In this document: positions 44,663 through 53,082 of the stretch, one piece after another | How the letters are laid out: each line of letters begins with the position of its first letter | Numbering within the stretch: position 1 is the stretch's first letter | Assembly (NCBI GenBank): GCA_965225085.1 | Contig: CBDDBE010000004.1 | Coordinates: 24,897 to 88,896, forward strand | DNA from: an uncultured Candidatus Saccharibacteria bacterium | Lineage (GTDB): Bacteria > Patescibacteriota > Saccharimonadia > Saccharimonadales > EFPC-124 | Length of the DNA stretch: 64,000 bases | Direction: 5' to 3' | Made by a program: the position numbers and the translations under genes | The notes under the pieces: model-generated | Database searches by the model: none | Told to the model about the DNA's origin: nothing | What the model saw: only the letters and a program-made list of their open reading frames with translations

Positions 44663-45973
44663 CTAGATGGTGGATAGCCGGTCTGCGAGCTCGCGCGTGC
44701 TGAGCGTTGACGACTCGCCCGTCCGCATGTCCTTTAGCGTCACAACCCCCGCGCTAGCTTCTTGCGCGCCGATGAGTACGACATAGTCGAATCTCATGCG
44801 GTCAGCATAGCGTAGCTTTTTGGCGATTTTGTCCTGTTCTGTGTACAGCACTGTGGGAATGCCTGTCTCGCGCAGGAGCGCTGCCACGGCCAGGCCATCC
44901 CCGATTTGCTGCACCGTGAGTGGCATAACGACGACCTTGGCGGGGCTTTGGGATTTGGGCTTGATGACTCCCGCCTCGCAAAGTTTGTAGAACAGCCTGC
45001 TCAGTCCGATCGATATCCCCACGCCCGGAAGTGACGTATTCGTGTAGTAGCCGGCGAGGTCGTCGTAACGGCCGCCGGAGCACACACTACCCACTTCAGG
45101 ATGTTCGTTTAGCACGGTTTCGTAAACTGTCCCTGTGTAGTAGTCCAGCCCGCGAGCGATCTTTAGGTCGATCTTGAATCGCGATTCAGGAACACCCATG
45201 GCGCGTAGTGCTTGCACCAGAGCTTCCAATTGCGCGACGCCATCATCGAATTGTTCGGATTGTACGCCAACTTGCTTGAGCCGAGCGATCATTTCGTCAT
45301 TGGTGCCGGTGATCGCTGTGAACTCAAGGACGCTTGTGATTTGCTGGTCGTTGAGGCCCGCAGCTTTCAGCTCGTCGATCAGCTCGCCTCGAGCGATCTT
45401 CTCCATCTTGTCGATGATCCGCAGCACGCCAGTGGATGACGTCTGCAGACCAAGGCCTTCGAAGAAGCCGCTGAGCACCATGCGATTGTTGATTCGGATG
45501 GTAAACTCGCCGAAGTTGAACCGCTCGAAAATCTCGTTGATGATCGCCGGGAATTCGGCGTCGACGATTGGGCTGTTTGACCCGATAACATCGATGTCGC
45601 ACTGGTAAAACTCGCGGAAACGGCCCGCCTGGGCACGCTCGGCACGGTAAACCTTGCCGATGGCGTAGCGGCGAAACGGAAAGGCAAGCTGACTTTCGTG
45701 CTCGGCGACATAGCGCGCTAGTGGCACAGTCAGGTCGAATCTCATGCTGAGGTCGTTTCGTCCATGCTCGAAACGATAGATCTGTTTGCCGGTTTCGCCT
45801 GTTTCCTTAGCAAGCAGCACACTTGATATTTCGAGCGTGGGTGTGTCCAGCGGCGCGAAGCCGTATCTCTCGTAGACTTCACGGATAATATCCATGAGCC
45901 GGTTGAACTCGATCTGCTCACTCGGCAGATATTCGCCGAACCCACTGGGACGACGCGGGGTGACTATTGCCAT
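44663..45973 (-). CDS. hisS: histidine--tRNA ligase
   Basis: Class II motifs (YRAERAQAGRFREFYQCD, GGRYDDL, ARGLDYYTG) and a C-terminal anticodon-binding domain. This makes it a true HisRS rather than HisZ. Confidence 0.9.
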   Translation of the reverse strand: MAIVTPRRPSGFGEYLPSEQIEFNRLMDIIREVYERYGFAPLDTPTLEISSVLLAKETGETGKQIYRFEHGRNDLSMRFDLTVPLARYVAEHESQLAFPFRRYAIGKVYRAERAQAGRFREFYQCDIDVIGSNSPIVDAEFPAIINEIFERFNFGEFTIRINNRMVLSGFFEGLGLQTSSTGVLRIIDKMEKIARGELIDELKAAGLNDQQITSVLEFTAITGTNDEMIARLKQVGVQSEQFDDGVAQLEALVQALRAMGVPESRFKIDLKIARGLDYYTGTVYETVLNEHPEVGSVCSGGRYDDLAGYYTNTSLPGVGISIGLSRLFYKLCEAGVIKPKSQSPAKVVVMPLTVQQIGDGLAVAALLRETGIPTVLYTEQDKIAKKLRYADRMRFDYVVLIGAQEASAGVVTLKDMRTGESSTLSTRELADRLSTI

Positions 45974-46188
45974 GGTTTCCTCTCAAACTGCGATGATTGT
46001 TCGGTCGGCGACCGCAACCATACGGTTACTATAAATCAAAATATTGAATCGTCAAATTGACCGTTATTCTAAATTTTACCTTAACTTGATTATAATAGTA
46101 ACATACACATCTGGTAGATCGTTGACGAGCATGGAGAATATTGTTAAGCTGCGAATGGCGAGTCTGCCAAAGACAAAGGGAGAGATTC

Positions 46189-46995
46189 GTGGACGAAAGA
46201 GTAACGATCATCACCGCCGCTGGCGGAAACGGAACGGCTATCCAGACCATCAGGAAGCCCCTTTCGCGTGCCGAGTACGAGCAACGCGGGAAGCTTCTAG
46301 GTCAGGAGGCGGAAGCGGATGGTGCCGAACAGGCTGGTTTTCTCATCCTGGACGATCATCATTTCGAGATGGCTGGTGGCGAGTTCTGCGGCAACGCGAC
46401 GCGTGCTGCTGCTGCCCTGTTTGCCGAGGCAGACAAAGCGTGCGAGGAATGCGAAGTGTCGTTTACGGTGTCTGGCTTTGACGGCACAGTGAGCGCCACG
46501 GTCAACAAGCTGTCCGACACCGTGTTCGACGTGCGCTGTGCGTTTCCGGATATGCCGGTTGACGTTAAGCGCGTCGAGCTCAGCGATGGGCAGTCTGCGG
46601 ACGTCGTCGACCTGGGTGGTATCGTGCACGTTCTCATAGAGGGTGACTTCCCCGAGGAGCGCTCTGTGTACGAGGTAACCCACCAGGCGATCGTGGACGA
46701 ACTCGGCTTCGGCGATCGTGATGCAGTGGGCGTAATCTGGTATCAGCGCGATGGAGATGCGATCGTGATGCATCCCGTCGTCTGGGTCAGGGCTGTCGAC
46801 ACGTTCTTCTACGAGCAGTCGTGCGGCTCCGGCACTATCGCTGTTGGTGCAGTAACCGGCGTCACGTCGATTGTGCAGCCAACCGGCCAGAGCATCACCG
46901 TGGAATTCAACGAGGGTACCGTTACCCTCCAGAGCGAGATGGAGATTGTCCGTGATTACGTACCGGTCGATGACCGCGTCGGCACTCGAGAGTGA
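46189..46995 (+). CDS. DapF/PhzF-fold epimerase/isomerase-like protein
   Basis: GTG at 46189 with AAAGGGAGAG upstream. TAAGGNGTAI, the first-Cys region EFCGNATRAAA, and the second-Cys region QSCGSGTIAVGA resemble the two-Cys DAP-epimerase fold. Substrate unknown. Confidence 0.6.
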   Translation: MDERVTIITAAGGNGTAIQTIRKPLSRAEYEQRGKLLGQEAEADGAEQAGFLILDDHHFEMAGGEFCGNATRAAAALFAEADKACEECEVSFTVSGFDGTVSATVNKLSDTVFDVRCAFPDMPVDVKRVELSDGQSADVVDLGGIVHVLIEGDFPEERSVYEVTHQAIVDELGFGDRDAVGVIWYQRDGDAIVMHPVVWVRAVDTFFYEQSCGSGTIAVGAVTGVTSIVQPTGQSITVEFNEGTVTLQSEMEIVRDYVPVDDRVGTRE

Positions 46996-47554
46996 CAGAA
47001 GCGGCTTTACTGTCGCCTACCAAGAAGCCTTCGCTGGTCCGCCTTACTTCGAGCACTACTCTGACGAGGAAGTGATCGAGGACGTTTGGAGGCCGCACCT
47101 CCGGAGCGGTATCGTCATCCTGGCATATGATGGCGCGCGTGTTGTCGGGTTCGGGTGCGCGCTGCCGCTGGCGGAGTCACCTGCAGATGTCCGGGAGTTC
47201 CTTGCTTCACTGGGTGACGACATTTTCCCAGTCGACGTGGAGCGTACCTGGTACATGTCCGAGCTGGGCGTGCTGGAGGGTTACCGCCGGCAGGGTATCG
47301 GCTATGGGCTGGTAAAGCACAGGCTGCTCACTATCAGCCATCGCCGCGACACGCACTACGTCTTTCGTACGGCTGCAGAAGGTTCGAATTCGTACCATCT
47401 GTACCGCAAGGTGGGCGCAATCGAACTGCCAGTAAGGCAGGACGTCTCGACGATCGACCAAGTGGTCGTCAATGGCTCGCAGAGTGGCCAGCGCGTCTAC
47501 CTGTACGGCGCCTGTGAGCCTACGATCCACGAGATTCTGTCGGCTCAGGGGTAA
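46970..47554 (+). CDS. GNAT family N-acetyltransferase
   Basis: ATG at 46970 overlaps the upstream gene by 26 nt. Acetyl-CoA loop RRQGIGYGL after WYMSELGVLEGY. Confidence 0.6.
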   Translation: MTASALESDRSGFTVAYQEAFAGPPYFEHYSDEEVIEDVWRPHLRSGIVILAYDGARVVGFGCALPLAESPADVREFLASLGDDIFPVDVERTWYMSELGVLEGYRRQGIGYGLVKHRLLTISHRRDTHYVFRTAAEGSNSYHLYRKVGAIELPVRQDVSTIDQVVVNGSQSGQRVYLYGACEPTIHEILSAQG

Positions 47555-47598
47555 CTCGTCCGTGGAAGGGCTGCATACGCGTACGCGGCCCTTCCACA

Positions 47599-48357
47599 TT
47601 AATCAACAGCTGGTTTTTTGAAGTCAATGGCACCGTAGAGTGCTGTTTTTTTATTGTAAAATGCCGCCCATTCGCGGTCGCCATATGCAAAGTGCCACCA
47701 TTCACCGTAAAATGGCGCGAACCCCTCGTGTATCATTGAGTCGTGCAGAAGCATGCGGTTGTTTCTCTGTTGCTGATGTAACGATTCGGTAAACGTTTTG
47801 ATCTTTTCGGGGTCGGCGTAATCAGCGATGCCGGTTCCCATGTCTAGCTCCTGCGAATTGCCGCCGACAATTGTTAGGTCTACCGCACCGCCTGTGACGT
47901 GCCCGGCAACGTCCGGTACCGCAACAAAGCCGTGCGTATATCGTTTGAGCTGTTCGCTGTCAAGTGTTGGCTGATCGGCCAAGATCACTTGCTGGCGTTT
48001 CGTGAAGTACGCTTCCTGCACCTCTGGGTGCCTGTAGCCATATACAATCTTAAGTCGCAGACCAGAGCTGGCCAGAGTATGGTTGACTCGCGCCAGTTTG
48101 CGAGCGAGCATGTCGCGCACCAAGATAATATCGCCAGTGTAGGCATGCATATCATGTTTGTCGTACTGGGCGATGATTGTGGGATCGTAAAACCGCGCAT
48201 CGATAAGTTCCTCGTTGCTCGTACCCGGTGCGGCCTGGGCGACGTCGTCGTAGGTCAGTATCTTCCGTGATGCTAGGTTGGCGTTGTTCTGCATGGTGTC
48301 CATAGGGTTCCAAACGGTAATCATCAACAAGGACCAGTCGTGGAAATACAGTGACAA
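47599..48357 (-). CDS. D-alanyl-D-alanine dipeptidase (VanX/DdpX-like, peptidase M15D)
   Basis: GYRHPEVQ, HVTGGAVDLT and EWWHF metal/catalytic motifs. Start is uncertain (TTG 48357, ATG 48324 or 48303). Confidence 0.8.
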   Translation of the reverse strand: MSLYFHDWSLLMITVWNPMDTMQNNANLASRKILTYDDVAQAAPGTSNEELIDARFYDPTIIAQYDKHDMHAYTGDIILVRDMLARKLARVNHTLASSGLRLKIVYGYRHPEVQEAYFTKRQQVILADQPTLDSEQLKRYTHGFVAVPDVAGHVTGGAVDLTIVGGNSQELDMGTGIADYADPEKIKTFTESLHQQQRNNRMLLHDSMIHEGFAPFYGEWWHFAYGDREWAAFYNKKTALYGAIDFKKPAVD

Positions 48358-48388
48358 CCAGTCGGCTCAGATGCTTTAATTGACGGTT

Positions 48389-49891
48389 TTACTGTATAAC
48401 GAAATCGTCATCTTGGTCAAGGCGACGAGCTATCTCGTTAACGTAGGGGTAGTAGATGTCATCTTCGGAAAAGTAAGGAGCAGCATCTCGGGTGTGCTTG
48501 TAGACGCGCGCAGTGCCTTTGCCTAGCTTCATGCCTTCGCGCAACCTGAAGTCAACCGCTTGCGAGGCAACCAGCAGCTCGATAGCCAGCACATTGGTGA
48601 CATTCTGAATGATGGTTCGGGCCTTGCGGGCGCCGATTGTACCCATGGACACCAGGTCTTCCACGTTTGCCGATGTTGGCACCGAATCGACGGACGACGG
48701 ATGGGCCAGTACTTTATTTTCCGACACCAGTGACGCGGTGGTATATTGTAGGATCATAAAGCCCGAATTCAGCCCCCCTTTCTCGGTCAGGAATGGAGGG
48801 AGCCCGTGGTTGGTCGCCCCATCTAGTAGCGAGGCAATACGCCTGTCCGCGATATTTGCCAGCTCGCTGATGGCAATGCCGAGCGTGTCCATGGCAATTG
48901 CCACTGGCTCGCCATGAAAGTTCCCGCCGGACACGACTTTTATTTTGTCCCCGTCGGTAAAGATGAGCGGGTTGTCGGTGACGCTGTTGATTTCTGTCGT
49001 CACAACTTTCTTCACGTATGCAAAGGCTTCACGTACGGCGCCGTGGATTTGCGGCATGCAGCGAATGGAGTACTGGTCTTGAACCCGGGTGTCGTCGACC
49101 ATGGTGCTGCCCGCTAGGAGGCTGCGGAGGTGTGCTGCCACGGCGATTTGCCCTTCGTGCGCCTTCAGGCGATGCACGTCGGCGTCGAATGCTTTGGTCG
49201 TAGCGCGCAGCGCCTCGGCCGATAGTGCGCCGCTGCAGTCGGCTACCTCTAGCAGCTTTTGGGCGCGGTGCAGGCATACCGATGCGATCGAGGTCATGCA
49301 AGCGGTGTTGTTGATGAGCGCTAGGCCTTCTTTGGCCTGAAGGGTGATGGGCTTTATCCCGGCTTTCGACATAGCCTGTGCGCCAGTGTAGATGTCGCCC
49401 TTGTATTCCGCCTCGCCTTTGCCGATCAGCACGAGTATCAAGTGTGCGCTTGGCGCGAGGTCGCCACTGGAACCAACTGAGCCCTTCTCGGGGATGACGG
49501 GGTGAACACCCTTGTTCAGCATGTCGATAAGAGTCGTGATCACCTCGACGCGGACACCGGAGTGTCCTTTTGACAGGTAATTGGCCATGAGGCACATCAT
49601 GCCGCGCACCACCTCCTCATCCAGCGGCGTGCCAACGCCGACGGCATGGGACTTAATGAGGTTTTCTTGCAGTTTGGCCACGTCATGCTTCGAGATAGCC
49701 GTGTCTTTAAACGCGCCAAACCCTGTTGTGACGCCGTAGATGATGTCGTTGTTGGCGATTGCGTTCTCGATAGCTGTGCGAGTTTTTACCACCTTCGCTT
49801 TGGCTTTGGCCCCAAGCGCTACCCTCTCGTGGTCGATTGCTACCTTGCAAATATCTTCGAAGTTCAAATCCTGGTTGTTGATAGTGAGCAT
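48389..49891 (-). CDS. hutH: histidine ammonia-lyase (MIO-dependent aromatic amino-acid lyase family)
   Basis: YGVTTGFG, the GSVGSSGDLAP MIO region, NTAC, and overall 500-aa HAL architecture. Confidence 0.85.
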   Translation of the reverse strand: MLTINNQDLNFEDICKVAIDHERVALGAKAKAKVVKTRTAIENAIANNDIIYGVTTGFGAFKDTAISKHDVAKLQENLIKSHAVGVGTPLDEEVVRGMMCLMANYLSKGHSGVRVEVITTLIDMLNKGVHPVIPEKGSVGSSGDLAPSAHLILVLIGKGEAEYKGDIYTGAQAMSKAGIKPITLQAKEGLALINNTACMTSIASVCLHRAQKLLEVADCSGALSAEALRATTKAFDADVHRLKAHEGQIAVAAHLRSLLAGSTMVDDTRVQDQYSIRCMPQIHGAVREAFAYVKKVVTTEINSVTDNPLIFTDGDKIKVVSGGNFHGEPVAIAMDTLGIAISELANIADRRIASLLDGATNHGLPPFLTEKGGLNSGFMILQYTTASLVSENKVLAHPSSVDSVPTSANVEDLVSMGTIGARKARTIIQNVTNVLAIELLVASQAVDFRLREGMKLGKGTARVYKHTRDAAPYFSEDDIYYPYVNEIARRLDQDDDFVIQ

Positions 49892-50084
49892 AAAACAAAA
49901 AACACCGTACGCGGTGCTCTCCTATTTAGTTTGACGCATGATGCATATGCCCTTGATGAGCGCTATGGAGCGGAATCACGTAATGGTTATGCATAATAGT
50001 TTGGATTATAGTACAAGTATTAATTTTTAGCGATGCCCCGCGGAGTCGAGACTCTGCGGGGCATGTGAGCATGCGCTGCTAATG

Positions 50085-50306
50085 CTACGCTAGCACAATG
50101 CTCTTCGGGTCGACATGGCTAGGAGTAACTACTCTTTCTCCGCCCTGGTCGCTGTACACATGGAACGTGTCGTTCACACGCTCGATGCGTTCGATGCGCT
50201 CTGCCGCGGCACCGTGAAGATACGGGCCGCCGACCCTGAGCGTTTCCCCTGTGCCGTCACGGAGCTTGAACTTCTGAATCTTTTGGGGCGTGACCTGAGA
50301 CATCAT
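50085..50306 (-). CDS. hypothetical small protein (~73 aa)
   Basis: ATGATG at 50306/50303 with AAAGGGAG upstream. A GC hairpin (50033-50064) lies 20 nt after the stop. Confidence 0.35.
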   Translation of the reverse strand: MMSQVTPQKIQKFKLRDGTGETLRVGGPYLHGAAAERIERIERVNDTFHVYSDQGGERVVTPSHVDPKSIVLA

Positions 50307-50481
50307 ACTCCCTTTCGTCTGGACGGTACGTGAACACACTATATCATTTTATGCTAGTATGTCCACATATTACAATCGAGAGCAGCCAGCTGGCGATTTC
50401 GTGAGATAGATAAATGCAACAGGGTTGGATGTTTCGGTGCTGGCCCTGCAAGTGTTTTGCAGGGCCAGCACCCGGACGTGT

Positions 50482-51450
50482 TTAGCGCCCCTTGTAGTAC
50501 CCCTCGGGGCCCACCAGCGCAACGATCGCGGTAGTGTTGGCGAGCAGGTCGGCCGGCGTGTGTACGGCATGGCCATTCAAGAAGTTGAGCGTCACCTCAC
50601 GGTTCAGCCTGTCGTAGCTGCTCGGGATCATCGGTGTGATCTCGCCTATGACCTTTTTGCCCGTGCGCCGGTCGATATACCGCACGATGCCGGTCTTGGT
50701 ATAGACCACGCAATCGCCATGATCGAAGCCCAGCAGGATATACTCGATGTATGCATCGCGGTCATTGTGGAGTCGCGTGCCTTCGCACCTGAAATCCACA
50801 CCATTACCACGCGCTATATGACCACTGACGACGTAGTGGTCATAGCTGTCGAGTTCGCGTCGTGCCTCCAATCTTCCGTCCAGCAGGGCAGACAGGTAAT
50901 CTGTGTCGTGGACACATTTGTCGGCTAGGAAGCTTCGATCTTGCTTCCATCCCTGGCTGGGCTTGGGATAGATGGAGCTGAGCCCGACTCGCTTCAACGG
51001 TCCGAACCGTCCCTCGAGAGTCTTCAGATTGGCTCTGACCCAGCCGTATGGCAGATCGGCGATCGTGCTGCGCCGCTGGTGACAGCTGGCGACGGGCAGT
51101 TGCTTAGCCTGGGCTGATCGCAGCGCATCCTTTACTCTCTGTAGGCCGACAGCGTCGATTGCCAGAGGCTTCTCGCACAACACCGGAATCCCGGCCTCGA
51201 CAACCAGTGCGAGTTGCTCCGGGTGCAGCTGGTCGAGCGAGCCAATTATGATCCCTTCGGGCCGCAAGGCCAGGAGTGACTCGGGTGTCTCCAGCCTCGG
51301 CGGTGCATAGCCGAGGACCCTACGGGCGGCCATAGCGCTGTCGGGTGACGGGTCGCAGATACCCGCGACGCGAACGCCTCGCAGGAATGGGAGGTGCGCA
51401 CTGACGACGTGTCCACCACAGCCCCAAACCGCTATCGTTTTGATTGGCAT
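50482..51450 (-). CDS. Gfo/Idh/MocA family oxidoreductase
   Basis: ATG at 51450 (MPIKTIAVWGCGGH). N-terminal Rossmann fold and the EKP motif (VLCEKPLA). Confidence 0.8.
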   Translation of the reverse strand: MPIKTIAVWGCGGHVVSAHLPFLRGVRVAGICDPSPDSAMAARRVLGYAPPRLETPESLLALRPEGIIIGSLDQLHPEQLALVVEAGIPVLCEKPLAIDAVGLQRVKDALRSAQAKQLPVASCHQRRSTIADLPYGWVRANLKTLEGRFGPLKRVGLSSIYPKPSQGWKQDRSFLADKCVHDTDYLSALLDGRLEARRELDSYDHYVVSGHIARGNGVDFRCEGTRLHNDRDAYIEYILLGFDHGDCVVYTKTGIVRYIDRRTGKKVIGEITPMIPSSYDRLNREVTLNFLNGHAVHTPADLLANTTAIVALVGPEGYYKGR

Positions 51451-51529
51451 TATCAATCCCTTCGGTCGGATGTTGCCCCGGATAGTATACAACATTTGCC
51501 ATCGACAGCTGCTAGGCTATGATAAAAAG

Positions 51530-52066
51530 ATGAAGATATATCTCGCGCGTCATGGCAGAACTAACTATAACGACCTTAACCTCTGCAATAGCGATCCGAG
51601 CGTCGATGTGCACATCACCGGCGAGGGGATAAAACAGGCTGAAGCGCTCGCCGCCAAGCTGAGAGGAACGTCCATTGATCGTATTTTCGTGTCGGAGCTC
51701 CGACGCACACAGCAAACCGCAGAAATTGTGAATCAATTCCATGAAGTGCCGATCGAGGCCGATCCCTTACTGAACGATTACCGTTCGGGGTACGAAGGTA
51801 AGCCCGCCGCAATGCTGATGGACGCGATAGATGCCGCGGAGGATAAATGGACGACGCGGTTTAACGGTGGCGAATCCATAGAGGATATGAAGAAGCGTGT
51901 CGCTGATTTCCTGCATGCGCTGAAGGCCAAGCCATACGATGCTGTCTTGATCGTAACCTCGGGCTGGGTGGTTCGAGTTGCGATAGCAGTTATTCAGAAC
52001 ATCTCAAATGATGAAGCGTGGTTGATAGATGCCGAGCAAGGAAGCTATCTGGAGTTTGAGCTGTAG
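51530..52066 (+). CDS. histidine phosphatase family protein (phosphoglycerate-mutase-like)
   Basis: ATG at 51530 (MKIYLARHGRTNYN, RHG catalytic motif). A later SELRRTQQT segment. Confidence 0.8.
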   Translation: MKIYLARHGRTNYNDLNLCNSDPSVDVHITGEGIKQAEALAAKLRGTSIDRIFVSELRRTQQTAEIVNQFHEVPIEADPLLNDYRSGYEGKPAAMLMDAIDAAEDKWTTRFNGGESIEDMKKRVADFLHALKAKPYDAVLIVTSGWVVRVAIAVIQNISNDEAWLIDAEQGSYLEFEL

Positions 52067-52983
52067 GGTTGGCTTTCTGGAGTAAGCAATCTTTTCAAAT
52101 GGTCTACTCCGGTCTGGTTCTGCACGACATGCACTAGGACCCAGCTGGCAAGGGTCTCTGCTTCATTGGGGGCATGCCGAACATGAGCGGCAAAATACAG
52201 TTCACCTTTGGGCGAGCGCATAATACCTTGCCAATAGCGAAGTGCGATAGGACGAAGCCATGGGCTGTGCAGCAGTGCGAGGTTTTTTGGTACACCTCGT
52301 ACACCTTGGCGCTTTAGCAGCCTAAAGCCCTCTTCAATTGCATGACACATGAGGCTTAGAAGGGTGTGGTCATTACCAAGCTGCATTGGATCGGCGCCCG
52401 ATTTTATGAGCGCCATCGAAACACAGCCAATAAAGACAGCGTGGTACTTGAGCCAACCATCCATATAGGCAACTCGCCGAATCGGAAAGCCGCGCGTTTC
52501 GAGCGCAGTTTGGAACACGTTGCTTGCGGGAGGCGCAGTAACCTCAAGAGCCGTTGGCTGCTGAGCGACATGAACATATTCCACGACACCGTCTTTGAGG
52601 TTTCCACCGACTCCCGGGAAGCCGAGCTCAATCGTACCCGGGATGTCGCTTGGCATGGCCACATGACCTTCTGGGTTATTGCCGAGCAAGACAATATGCG
52701 GAGCGCCACGTAAAATACGAAGTGCGGGGAATGTTGACTCGAGCTGCGGTGCCTGCACGGCCACCAGTACGAGATCGTACTCGCGCTCGACTGCCGTTTG
52801 GACTACATCAATCCTCGCTGTTTCGCGCACGCCGGTATCGCTGTCAAATAGCTGAATTCCTTGCCGAGCAAGTTCCTGCTCGCGTTCGCCGTGCGCCAGA
52901 ACCCACACCCGATGACCAGCAAGAGCCAGCTGCCCTGCATAGATCGAGCCTATAACGCCACTTCCGATCAGTAACACGTTCAT
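52045..52983 (-). CDS. 2-dehydropantoate 2-reductase-like (ApbA/PanE family) oxidoreductase
   Basis: ATG at 52983 (MNVLLIGSGVIGSIYAG, GxGxxG). Two-domain ApbA/PanE-like length. Confidence 0.7.
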   Translation of the reverse strand: MNVLLIGSGVIGSIYAGQLALAGHRVWVLAHGEREQELARQGIQLFDSDTGVRETARIDVVQTAVEREYDLVLVAVQAPQLESTFPALRILRGAPHIVLLGNNPEGHVAMPSDIPGTIELGFPGVGGNLKDGVVEYVHVAQQPTALEVTAPPASNVFQTALETRGFPIRRVAYMDGWLKYHAVFIGCVSMALIKSGADPMQLGNDHTLLSLMCHAIEEGFRLLKRQGVRGVPKNLALLHSPWLRPIALRYWQGIMRSPKGELYFAAHVRHAPNEAETLASWVLVHVVQNQTGVDHLKRLLTPESQPYSSNSR

Positions 52984-53082
52984 TGCGTCTGCATGTTCGG
53001 TTGATTTTGATTTGCTCATGACGTTATTTTAACAGGAAAGCGCATCTGGTTTATGCGAGCAAGTCGGGCATCAATATGCGTC

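Noticed and set aside
45974-46188. Looked for a second T-box leader upstream of hisS itself.
   Set aside because: The divergent intergenic region is short and AT-rich and has no GGUGGNACCGCG-like element.
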